A stretch of 64,000 nt of DNA from Chloropicon primus (taxonomy: Eukaryota): positions 310,001 through 374,000 of the forward strand of contig CP060766.1 in the NCBI GenBank assembly GCA_023205875.1, written 5' to 3'. The position numbers were made by a program, and so were the translations under genes. Positions 42,431 to 52,461 of the stretch are shown here, piece after piece (position 1 is the stretch's first letter; the number at the start of each line of letters is the position of its first letter). The notes beneath the pieces were generated by a model. That model was not told where the DNA came from. It was given only the letters and a program-made list of their open reading frames with translations, and did not search any database.

Positions 42431-43071
42431 GTGGCTCTCTTCTCCACCGAGGCCTCTTTCGAAAGAAAAAGCGACGATGCTTCGACCTATATCGAAACCC
42501 TTCGGCCTCCCCCTCCCGGCCGCCCTTGCATTGTACTGGTGGTCACCATATTGCATATTACATCAGATTAGCAAATGTTTAGAATCCTTGTGTGATCGCT
42601 GGTGAGAGCGATCACACTCATGGACGCACCCGCAGGGCTTCACCAGGGCTAGGCCTGCGCTGCGTCTACGTTTGCTTCTCATCATTTGATTACACGATAC
42701 CATCACGCAAAAGTTACCCCGGAGGGGTTACTCCCATCAGGTACCTTCGATTGTATTCTATGCGGCCCGGCACCAGCGAATCCCTCGATTTTCATTCCCC
42801 TCTCACGTAACGCCTTTAACGCCTGAGGTTTTAGGGTTTGGTTGGCGAGCGACGAGGGCCAAGGTGAGTTGGGGCGGCGTGGACGGCGCAAGGTCGAGGT
42901 GCGGTGGCGAATGGGTGTCGAACCTCGGAAGTGTTCTCTTCGTCCTCTTTCGAAAAGACTTCCTCCCGCTGAAAGAAACGACGGCTTGCTTCTTTTCTTC
43001 TCCTTTCCTTTGCGAACCCGAAGGTTTTCTTCGGTTTAGGTTTTCAGGATCGTCAGTCGTCAGTCGTCGTC

Positions 43072-44317
43072 ATGTCGAGCACGCCAACCAAGTCGGGAAG
43101 CACGACGGGGATCGGTCCCTTCTTCAGGAAGCTGAAGGAGAAGCAGAGGCAGCAGCTCGCGAATTACTTTCCGAGCCTGGTGGATGCGAGCTTCACGACG
43201 CCGAGGACGAGGCAAGCGTTCATGGAGGAGGAAGCGAAGCAGTTCGCGGCGAACATCAGGCTGATGGAGAAGGACATCAGGGGCCTGAAGCTCGCGGACG
43301 AGACTTTCATGGCGACGTGCCAGCAAGTCCTCACCAGCGACCTCCCGCGCGTGTACGACTTTGGGGACGACGGCCACGTGCACGCGGTGGGCGAGCTCGA
43401 CACCATCGGCCGGGGGTGCCAGGTGGAGGACTTGGTCAAGGTGCAGCAGGAGCTGTCCCAGGGCATGGAGCAGGACGTCCTGACTCCCATGAAGCAGTGG
43501 CTCTTCGCTTGGACCACGGTGCAGGAGAGGCTCAAGGAGCTCGAGGAGATGAGGATAGAAGTCGATTCGAGGAAGAGGCAGGTGTTTGCGCTGAGGCAGC
43601 AGGAGGCCAAGCACAAGGAGGCCCTGGACAGCGCGAGGAACGACCACCAGAAGAAGAACAAGGCGAAGACCTTGGAGGACACCTGGAGGACGCAGCAGAG
43701 AAAGGACGCGAAGCTGGCCAACGCCACCGCCACCTACCAGTCGATGGAGTCGGAGGTCCTCGAGGAGCTCGCCGGCTTGATTCGGGACGCGGTGTGCCTG
43801 AAGAGCTACCTGGCGGCATGCACGGAGTTCCAGAGAGAGGCTTACCAGAGCTTGACTCACGCACTCCTCGGAACGCACGGCAACGGCGGACCGAGCCAGG
43901 GTCCCGAGAGTAAGTGACGGGCGTTGAAAGGCACAAAGAGTAAGACTGCTTGGATTGCGCGCCCTCTGGCAAAAGGGGCGCGAGAGTAACGGCGACCATT
44001 GACATTGACATTGACATTGACCCCGTCCCACACGTTTCGCGTGTCCAGGTGCTCGCGCGGCAGCTGGGGCGACCTCCCATCCCACAGGAAGCGGCAGAGC
44101 ACTGGTCAATTCCCAGATAGACGACGACAATCCGTTTGCGAAGAAGACCGGGAACTCGCCCGTCAAGGTGAGTCTGGCCGTGACCGCGGCGGGAGACTCT
44201 CCGGTGAAGGCGACGGTGAAGGCGGGCTCGACCCCCGGCGGCAGCATGAATACCTCCGGGCACTCCTTGTACGGGGACGACATCAAGCTTCCAAGCCCTG
44301 AGAGCCCTCTCAGGTGA
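43072..44317 (+). CDS. BAR-domain-like protein with an NPF motif; intron 43910-44048
   Basis: Three long helices (DVLTPMKQW...LEEMRIEVDSRKR). The GTAAGT..CAG intron restores the frame to a DDDNPF tail ending at TGA 44317. Confidence 0.8.
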
Positions 44318-44441
44318 TGAATCTCGGGCGTTACGTTACTGGACCTCTCGTCGTTTCGCAAAAAATATTCAAATAATGTTCCAATTACGAAGGTTTTTGT
44401 TTTCCGTAGTATTTTACTTTTGCCAGCCCGCAAGCAACACG

Positions 44442-46691
44442 TTACTCGCTCGGCATCATTCCGTACTTGTACACCATCTGGTGCTCCGCCTCCAGGCATT
44501 CCTTCCTGAATTGGATTCTCACGTCGGGCACGTTCGACTGGTAAGGGTTGTTCTCGAACATCTTGCTGCCTCCCACCCAGTGCCTCTTCAACCTCTTCGG
44601 GAAGCCGCTCTGCATGACGCTGTTTCTAGCGATTTCGCTGATGTCCGCCGTGCTGAGCTTGTAAACCTGCATCGCGATACTGTACTCCTCGACCAGGGGC
44701 TCCTTCGTCATGTGAATCAGGAGCGGGTCGTCCGTGGAGAGGGTGACGTTCAGGCCCCTCTCAAAGAATGTTGGGAAGGGGTTCTTCGAGTACTCGCAGA
44801 ACAGGCAGTTGTTGGAAAGCGGGGACATCGCAAGACCAACCTGTGCCAAGTAGTACAAGTACTGAAGCGCCGGGTTCTTCTTCAGGTTGATGCCGTGGTT
44901 GATCGAATTCGCCACGAGGAATGCCCCCGCCAGGTGGTCAACGTCTCCCGCCTCCCCGGCGTGCGGCCTGAAGGAGAACTGCGACATGTTCCTCTTCTGC
45001 CTGAACGAGTTCAGGACGTAGAGGTTGGCGTAGATATAGTACAAATAGTAGTTGTACGCCGGGTTCTTCTCCACGTCCCACTCTTCGGGGGTTGGCATCT
45101 CGCGATGCACCTTCCTTTCGTGGCGAGACTCGTCGTCCACAATGTCGAATCCCACTACGTTGTCCAAGAACGCCACCAGCTTCGGGTCCTTGTTAGGGCA
45201 CTTCGAGATCTCAAAGAGGGGCTCAAAAATGTTGGAGATGAACTCCCCAAAGTTGTCCAGCTCCCCGCTCTTCTTGTAGATGGCGTAGAGCCTGGGAATC
45301 TGAACCATCCACACGACGTTCGGGCTCACGAGCTTGTTGTCGTACCACCAGGAGGCCAGCTGGGCCCACTCCGACTTGGATTTGCCGTAGATGCTCAGCC
45401 TGTACTCGGCCATCTGGTACTTGGACGCCGCCAGGTCGTCAAAGACTTCCTTGGTGATTCCCGCCAGGAACTTGCCCTTGACGTAGTTGTTCGTCTTCAG
45501 AAAGATCTCCCTCAATCGGGCTTCCCCCGTTGGATTGAACTTCTGGTTGAACTTGTCAAACCTGTGAAAGGTGGTGTTCTTCGTGTTATGCGCGTGCATG
45601 TCGAGAACGTCGATGTTGAGGTCGTAAGGCGAAAGCCCAAGAGACTCGAAGACCTCCTTCAAGGACAGCACCTTGCCGTCCCTCATGATCACGGGCTTGT
45701 CCCCCTCCTCCCTCACCCTCTTCTTGATGAAGCGCAGGAGGTGCTTCTGGTTCATGCAGGCCGAGTGGTGCACGTGGTTGTCGATCTTCCTCACGTTGTA
45801 AAAGTCTCTGTGGCTCAGGGCCTTGATCGAGAGGAACTCCTTCTCCGAGTTGAGCATCTGGTAGAGCGAGAACTTCTCCTGCAGGAGCTTCAGCCTCCTG
45901 TGCGCGAACGTGGCGTACGGCGCGCTGTTCATCATGCTGGAGAGGTCGTGCAAGTCCGAGAAGAACACCTTGGCGGCCACAGGCACGGCGATGCTGTGCT
46001 CCTCGTTCAGGGGGATGTACACTCCGTTCTCCATCCCAAAGTCGATGTCCGAGTCCTCCCTCGCCGCGACCTTGAAGGGGGTCATGCTCATGGGAGAGGC
46101 CTCGATGTAGTCGCCCGCCTGGCCCGACTTCTCGAGCTCCTTCGGGTCCCAAGAGTCATCGGAGAAAACCGTGTGGATCTTGTACAAGTAGTTCTTCCTC
46201 TTCTCCAGCATGCTCACGAGAGCCTTGCAAAAGTTCTTGTCGTAAGGGGTCAGGGAGGGCTCCGGGATCTCGGCCCGCTTGTAGGGAATGTGCTCGCTCG
46301 CCTGGAAGGCGGCGGCCAGGGTCCGCCCAGCGCCACCGAGGCCCACGGGGGGGTTGCGCACGGGGGGGTTCTGCACCGGAGAGTGAGGCACAGCCTCGAA
46401 GGACTGCGAGGCCTCCCTCTCCAGGAGCTCGTTGCTCAGCATCTCCACCGAGTTGATCGACGTCGCACTCTCCCTCCTCGTCGGGCTCCTCCTCTCTCCG
46501 CTCGACACGTTCCCCTCCTCGGAGGATATCGCGCTGTCCGAGCTTGTCTCCCAGTCGTCCTCGTCCTCCAACGAAAGCTTCCGCAAATATTCCGCACTCG
46601 CGCTCTTCGCGCTCGCGCCGCTGCTCCTGCGCTTCTCCAACTTGTGGCTTTGTACCATCGCTTCGTCTTTCGCCGCCTCCACTTCCGTCAT
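44442..46691 (-). CDS. AMPD: AMP deaminase
   Basis: HRDFYNVRKIDNHVHHSACMNQKHLLRFI, FRPHAGEAG, SPLSNN, LSTDDPL; first ATG at 46691. Confidence 0.96.
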   Translation of the reverse strand: MTEVEAAKDEAMVQSHKLEKRRSSGASAKSASAEYLRKLSLEDEDDWETSSDSAISSEEGNVSSGERRSPTRRESATSINSVEMLSNELLEREASQSFEAVPHSPVQNPPVRNPPVGLGGAGRTLAAAFQASEHIPYKRAEIPEPSLTPYDKNFCKALVSMLEKRKNYLYKIHTVFSDDSWDPKELEKSGQAGDYIEASPMSMTPFKVAAREDSDIDFGMENGVYIPLNEEHSIAVPVAAKVFFSDLHDLSSMMNSAPYATFAHRRLKLLQEKFSLYQMLNSEKEFLSIKALSHRDFYNVRKIDNHVHHSACMNQKHLLRFIKKRVREEGDKPVIMRDGKVLSLKEVFESLGLSPYDLNIDVLDMHAHNTKNTTFHRFDKFNQKFNPTGEARLREIFLKTNNYVKGKFLAGITKEVFDDLAASKYQMAEYRLSIYGKSKSEWAQLASWWYDNKLVSPNVVWMVQIPRLYAIYKKSGELDNFGEFISNIFEPLFEISKCPNKDPKLVAFLDNVVGFDIVDDESRHERKVHREMPTPEEWDVEKNPAYNYYLYYIYANLYVLNSFRQKRNMSQFSFRPHAGEAGDVDHLAGAFLVANSINHGINLKKNPALQYLYYLAQVGLAMSPLSNNCLFCEYSKNPFPTFFERGLNVTLSTDDPLLIHMTKEPLVEEYSIAMQVYKLSTADISEIARNSVMQSGFPKRLKRHWVGGSKMFENNPYQSNVPDVRIQFRKECLEAEHQMVYKYGMMPSE

Positions 46692-47401
46692 TCCTCGCCG
46701 CGCGACCACCACCTCCTCAGACACTTGGTCCCCTCCTCGTCCTCCTTCTCTGCTGCTTCGGACGCTTCGCCGTCGTCGTGATCCACCTCGCCGGCGACCG
46801 AAACCTTCGAGTGAGGGCTCTCCTGAAAGATCGCGAGACGTACTTTCGTGATATCGCCGCCCCTCTCCTCAAAACTCCCTCCCTCGCTCCCGCGGGCGCC
46901 TTGCTCGTGGCCTCTTCGATCCAGTTGGCGGCAAGCCAAAAGTTCACGTTTACGTCACCCTGACGTGGAGGGCGGGACGAGATGAGGGGGAGAGGGAGAT
47001 GGCGACCGATGTGGGTGATGTGGGTGGTGCTTGGGTGATGGCGGTGTGTGTGGGGTGGGTGGGATGGGTGGGATGGTAATTCAAGTCGATGCATTGTCTC
47101 CCCCTCTTTGCAAAGGTGTCCTCACTTGATCGAGAATGGTGGAAACTTAGTTCTTAATGATGGTGGTGATTGGTGATGGCAGTGGGGGGGGGGATGAAAG
47201 GGTAGTCCGGGGGTCGAGATGCACCACCGCCCTCCCTCTTTCCACCAGAGTTCTGGCTGACTTGTTGGGAAGAGGGACAAGGAAGGGGTGCGTCGGTGAG
47301 GGCGAGGAATCTTTCGATGGGATGGCAATCATGCGATGATGGATGCAAGGCCCACATTCATTACATTAACTTACTCTGTTCTTCTTCTTCTTCTTCTTCC
47401 T

Positions 47402-49177
47402 TTAATACGGTCGGATGGAGACTTGCCCCTGCGATCCCAGCTGCTGCTGCTGCTTGTTCAGCTTGATGTGCTTGTACTCGATCTTCTTCTCCTTCTTCCT
47501 CGCCCTGGCCTCCCTCTTCGCTTGCTTCACAGCCTGCTTCCTGGCCTTCTTCTCCTCCGCCGTCTCGCCTTTTTTCCTCACGAACGCGCCGTCGTCCAGG
47601 ACCGTGGCGTCCTCTTCCTCCTCCTCGCTGTCCTCCGCCACCTCCTCGATGGGGGCGGGGTTCCTGTGCTTCCTCGGCTTGGCCGACGCGCTCGACAGCA
47701 GGGCGGGGTGGTTGTCCAGGTTGGACACCATGCTCAGGACGGACTCGCAGTCCCAGTTCTCCTGCGTCTTCACCGTGACGGCGATCCTGTCCCTCTCGCC
47801 CACCAGGCCGCCGCCGTCGTCCTCCGCTTCGGTCCTTATGGCGAGCTCCCTCGTCTTCTCCTTGAGCTCCAAGTCGGTGTGCCCGGAGAGGACCTTGGTC
47901 TCGTCGTCCAAGTCGTACCTCACGACCTTCTTCGCCTCGGTAAAGGCCTCGGGATCCGCCGCCGCCGCGGCTGGGGCCTTGCTCCCGTCGACCTTCTCGT
48001 ACACCACGTAGTCCTTGCCCTTCTTGTCGGAGATGAACTCGTCCAGGATGTTGTCGAAGCTCGCGAGGTTGAACCTCCCCTGCGTCTGCTCCAAGTCGGC
48101 GTCCTCCAGGTCGCCGATCTCCAGCGTGTCGTACTCGTCCACGAGCTGGTCGAAGCACTCCTCCATGATCTCCCTGCCGTGGGCGGTACCGGCCTCCCTC
48201 AGGCTCGCCTCCCGCCTCAGCCTCTGGATCTCCTCCTCGCTCAGCGCCGCCGTCGCCGTCGCCTCATCGTCCCCCTCCCTCTGCCAGTCGCCGTCGCCGT
48301 CGTCCTCCTCCTCCTCGTCGCCCCCCTCGGTGGCCAGCAGCAGGAAGTCCTCCTGGAGGTCCCCGAACTCCGTCTCCTCCTGGAGCTCGATGTCCTCCAT
48401 GATCTGCTCGATTTCCGCGAGGGTGGACGACACGTACTTCTGGCCCACCTGCCTGTGCCTTCGCTGCGAGGGGTCCGGCACGGGAAAGTTCCCCAGATCG
48501 TACTTGCCCTGCTCCTCCTCGCTTATCTCGGCCTTCACGTTGTGGCTGCGGGCGTCCACGAGCTTGACGTCCCGCTGGATGTTTTTGGACTCCACCTCCC
48601 CGTCCGGGTCGTCGACGACCCCGATCCCGACCCCGACGTTCGCCTCGCCCTCGTTGCCCTCCAGGGCGAACAAGTTCTCCCCCCGGCCCTTGGCCGCCGG
48701 TGCAGCCGTTACCATCGACACCGTGTCCGGCCTGGCCTCCCTCAGGTGCCTCGTGTAGTCGTACCCATCGTCAGGAAACCCGAGCTCCAAGATCTCCTTC
48801 CTCTTGGCCTCCTCCAGCACAGGGAGCTCAGGCTCCAAGTGAGAGAGGCCCATCTTCGCCAAGAGCCACGACGGCGGCTGAGACGCTGGCGGTGGAGGGA
48901 CGGAAGACATCGACGCCGCCGCATTCCCGACCTCATCCACGGGAACCAGCACCCTCCTTATCGAGGAAGAGGAAGAGCCTTGGCCTTGACCTTGCTTGGC
49001 CTCCTGCCCACCACCATCGTTCGCATGGTCACCACCAGCAGCAAGGAGTGGTTGCTCTTGACCTGAAACCGCTTTGTCTTCCTCGTCGGAGGTTTCCTCG
49101 GTGTCGCTCTCTCCGGCGTACACCAGGGTAAACGTCGTCGCCTTCTTCTTGTCGATGAAAGCTTTCTTCTTGCCCAT
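47402..49177 (-). CDS. LTV1: LTV1-like 40S ribosome biogenesis factor
   Basis: MGKKKAFIDKKKATTFTLV, LGFPDDGYDYTRHLRE, WDCESVLSMVSNLDNHP, ETAEEKKARKQAVK. Confidence 0.93.
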   Translation of the reverse strand: MGKKKAFIDKKKATTFTLVYAGESDTEETSDEEDKAVSGQEQPLLAAGGDHANDGGGQEAKQGQGQGSSSSSIRRVLVPVDEVGNAAASMSSVPPPPASQPPSWLLAKMGLSHLEPELPVLEEAKRKEILELGFPDDGYDYTRHLREARPDTVSMVTAAPAAKGRGENLFALEGNEGEANVGVGIGVVDDPDGEVESKNIQRDVKLVDARSHNVKAEISEEEQGKYDLGNFPVPDPSQRRHRQVGQKYVSSTLAEIEQIMEDIELQEETEFGDLQEDFLLLATEGGDEEEEDDGDGDWQREGDDEATATAALSEEEIQRLRREASLREAGTAHGREIMEECFDQLVDEYDTLEIGDLEDADLEQTQGRFNLASFDNILDEFISDKKGKDYVVYEKVDGSKAPAAAAADPEAFTEAKKVVRYDLDDETKVLSGHTDLELKEKTRELAIRTEAEDDGGGLVGERDRIAVTVKTQENWDCESVLSMVSNLDNHPALLSSASAKPRKHRNPAPIEEVAEDSEEEEEDATVLDDGAFVRKKGETAEEKKARKQAVKQAKREARARKKEKKIEYKHIKLNKQQQQLGSQGQVSIRPY

Positions 49178-49631
49178 GACGACGCAACGTTGCGATGCGA
49201 CGACTGCGATGCGACGACTGCGGTGCCAATCAAAATGAAAAACTTTTTCTGCAGACTCCTTCTCCCCTTCTTTCTCTCCGCCGTCGGGAAGAGGAAAGAG
49301 GGTGAGTGGCGGCGGCGAGTGACGCGGCGAGTGGCGCGGTGCTCAACCTCCTCCTCCGTCGTCGTCGTCGTCGTCGTCGTCTGTTCTGCGTCGGTCGGTC
49401 GATAACGATGAACGACGATCCGATCTCTTCTTTCCCCTCCTGCCCAGGGCGGCGAAGCGATTGCGAGTGGATGTGGAGGACGGGACGAGAAAGGGACGAC
49501 AAGGGAGGGGGACAGAGGGAGGGGACACTGGCGGATCCCACTGCATCTCCCTCTTTCGATGCGCATCGCAATCGGTTGATCTCTCTCTCTCTCTTTCTCT
49601 CTTCCTCTCTTTCTCTCTTTGTGTGTGTGTG

Positions 49632-49750
49632 CCGTTAGTTTTGTGCAAAGGTCGTTTCAGTTTGAGTTTCTCGAAATGACCATGCCGCCCTTAGCAAGCA
49701 AGCAAGCTCGCGAGCAAGGGCAGCTCGTACGCGTGTGCAACCCTGAGGAG
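49632..49750 (-). ncRNA. Putative variant omegaRNA scaffold of the truncated copy
   Basis: Conserved 5' and 3' blocks; stems GCTGCCCTT/AAGGGCGGC and GGTCATTTC/GAAACGACC. Confidence 0.55.
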
Positions 49751-50037
49751 TTACACTTCTTGTGGTTCACGCAAGTGCTTGAGAAGGATGTTGCGTGCCC
49801 CGTTATCGTCCCGACCGCACTTGAAGCCATACTCCTGGCACTTGTAAACCTTTGCTCCACCCAGGTTCTTCTTGATGTGTCCGCACCTGCCACAGGTCTT
49901 GGAGGTGTACTCCTCCGTCACGATCGCCAGCTCACTGCCGCGCAAGAGCACCTTGGAAGCCAAGTACGTTCTGAGCGCATAGTGCCTCAACGTCAAAAGC
50001 ATGCGAGCCGTCTTCTTCCTGATCACTCGGCGTCTCC
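49632..50037 (-). mobile_element. 5'-truncated Fanzor2 copy (last about 95 codons plus omegaRNA-like end)
   Basis: 49751-50037 is colinear with 33075-33361 (16 mismatches in 287 nt by manual count); zinc finger CQKC changed to CQEY; same terminal block ending in GG at 49632-49633. Confidence 0.9.
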
Positions 50038-51140
50038 TTGAACTCGCACGCACGTTTTTTCAATCGCACCCCTCCTTGTCCCCTTTTCAATAAAAAAAAG
50101 TCATCGTCGTCATCGACGTCATCGTCGGCCAATCTTGACGCTTCGTTGTCTCGCAACCGGAACCAAGAAGTGATAGAAAAAAAGATAGTAATATCAAGGA
50201 AGAGAGAACGAGGAAGAGAACGAGGAAGAGAGAGAAGACATGGACATGACATGGATGACGTCACGTTGGCTCTCGTTGGCGGCTCTCGTTGCCACCCTGG
50301 CGAACGGCGAGGAGAGACAGAGAGGACAGAGAGGACAACATTCTCTTAAGCAAAGTGTGCCTTGGTCTTGGTCTTGGTCTTGGTCTTCGCCATCTTTTTC
50401 TCGCTCCCACGTTTTCGTTTTTCTTTCCTTGACGTTACTTTCTTAGTCCAACTCATCGCAATATTTCATCCCCTTTTTTTTCCATTTTCATGTTCCGTAG
50501 TCCCTCAATTAATGTGCAATTTCCACTCATATCATGAACTACGAGAGGCTCTCTCTTTTCAGATATGCCACCCTGTCTCTTCGTGAAAAAAGGAAACGTT
50601 AAGAAGAGATATCTACAGAAATAGGGAAAAGATAAGATGGTTGTCGAAAACCCGAACCCCATTTTTACGGCTCATGTGCGCGCGGGTTCACGTGGCGAAC
50701 AGGGAGCACCCGAGTGCGACCACTTTGAGACGGCAGGAAGGAGGTAAGACCCGAGGGACTGGGAAAGAAAGAGAGTGGAAGGGATACTAGACCTCGTGAT
50801 CTTTCCAACGATACCTTGGTTGAAAGGTTTCGTACACGTTTGCCCATCGAAAACCACACGTGCAGCACGGTGGCAGCCCTCTGTCTCTCTCCTGCAATTG
50901 TGCGAGCTCGAGGAGTCAGGAACAGTGGAGGCGTTGAGCGGAGGGGTTCGTCTGGGTTGTCTCGTTGCTCCATTCGGCGACGGCTTTTGCTTGATCAGGC
51001 AGTTCCCCGCCTCTCGAGGTCAACGCTTTGGCGGTTCGGGATCTGGGTCTTGTGATTCACTTGCTGCGTTCCTGCCAGGCTACTACTACTCAAGAACCAC
51101 CACCAAGCAACACGTTGTTGTTGTTGTTGTTGTCGTCAGC

Positions 51141-52328
51141 ATGAGTCTCCAGGCGGGATCCTCGACGGCGTGTCCCCCGGAAGACTACCAGCAGAGCAGC
51201 CACCACAACCACCACCACCAGCAGAACAACCACCAGACGTCCGTCTACGCGTTCAGCGAGAACGAGCTGGAGACGGTTCTGAACATGTTCCAGGCGCCCA
51301 CGGGTCAGCCGGAGGTGGAGAGGGGGTACGGGTTCCTGCACGACCACGCGCAGCAGCTGCCGGGTCCGGCGTACTACCAGCCGTCCTACCTGCGGTCCTC
51401 GCCGTACGGGTCCCCTGAGGTGGCGAGCGTGAACGCCCCCAACCAGCACGGCCACGGCCAGCACGCCACGGCGTACTATCCCTCGGCGCCCTCAGCGTAT
51501 ATCCAGCAGCACAACCCGGCCCCCAGCTACGCCAACGCGTCGGCGGCGAAGAAGAAGGCCGGGGGCGCCAAGGCCAAGGCCGTTTCCAGGGGCGGCGGCA
51601 TCCCCCAGGGCGGCATCCCCAACCAGTTCCTGCCGGCGAAGAAGAAGAGCTCGGCCAAGGGGGGCGCGGGGAAGAACGGCCAGGTGAGCCACTCGGTGGC
51701 GGAGAAGCAGAGGAGGGACAGGATAAACCTCCTGATCGACGAGCTGAGGGAGCTGGTGCCCATCGATGTGGAGAACGAGGGGAACGAGTCGTACGCGGAG
51801 GCCCCGGGCAAGAGGCCCAAGCACGTCGTCCTGCGGGACGCGATCAAGTTCGTGAAGATGACCCTGCAGCAGCAGCAGCAGCAATCGGCGGTGCAGGTGA
51901 AGACCAAGGAGTCCCAGGAGTCCCGGGCGGTGGCCAGGCAGTCGAGGAGCTTGAGCGAGGACAGCGCCAGCCAGGACTCGGAGACCTTTGACACCTGCGA
52001 CCTTCAGAAGGGCAAGCTGGAGATCTCGGTCACTGAGACCGAGGAGAGCACGGACGTGTACGCCGTCAACGTCAGCGGCAAGGACAGGAACGGCCTCCTG
52101 CACGACATCACGAGGGCGCTGAGGTCGATGGACCTGGAGATCAAGACGGCCGTGATCTCGACCGAGACCTGCGGGGCGGTGAGCGACACCTTCGAGGTGA
52201 ACAAGGCGTTCTGCTCCCTGAGCGTCAAGGAGATTGAGGATCAGCTCGGGGAGACCCTGAGGTGCGAGATCAAGAGGACCAAGACGACGCTGGACGAGGG
52301 GGAGAAGCGGAAAAGGCCAGGCCTGTGA
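51141..52328 (+). CDS. bHLH transcription factor with a C-terminal ACT domain
   Basis: HSVAEKQRRDRINLLIDELRELVP...KHVVLRDAIKFVK; ACT VNVSGKDRNGLLHDITRAL...DTFEV. Confidence 0.93.
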   Translation: MSLQAGSSTACPPEDYQQSSHHNHHHQQNNHQTSVYAFSENELETVLNMFQAPTGQPEVERGYGFLHDHAQQLPGPAYYQPSYLRSSPYGSPEVASVNAPNQHGHGQHATAYYPSAPSAYIQQHNPAPSYANASAAKKKAGGAKAKAVSRGGGIPQGGIPNQFLPAKKKSSAKGGAGKNGQVSHSVAEKQRRDRINLLIDELRELVPIDVENEGNESYAEAPGKRPKHVVLRDAIKFVKMTLQQQQQQSAVQVKTKESQESRAVARQSRSLSEDSASQDSETFDTCDLQKGKLEISVTETEESTDVYAVNVSGKDRNGLLHDITRALRSMDLEIKTAVISTETCGAVSDTFEVNKAFCSLSVKEIEDQLGETLRCEIKRTKTTLDEGEKRKRPGL

Positions 52329-52461
52329 TAACCAGAGAAAGCGAGAACCAGGGGCCAGCCACGCGACGGTGGTGTATGTAAATACTTTTATATTTCCTAA
52401 AATTTGTAGAAAAAAAATTCATTTCTCTTCCTTTGCTTTTATATCCAACTCTGCGCTCACT

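Noticed and set aside
42829..42839. TTTTAGGGTTT as a telomere remnant
   Set aside because: A single unit in a promoter; at most a telo-box.
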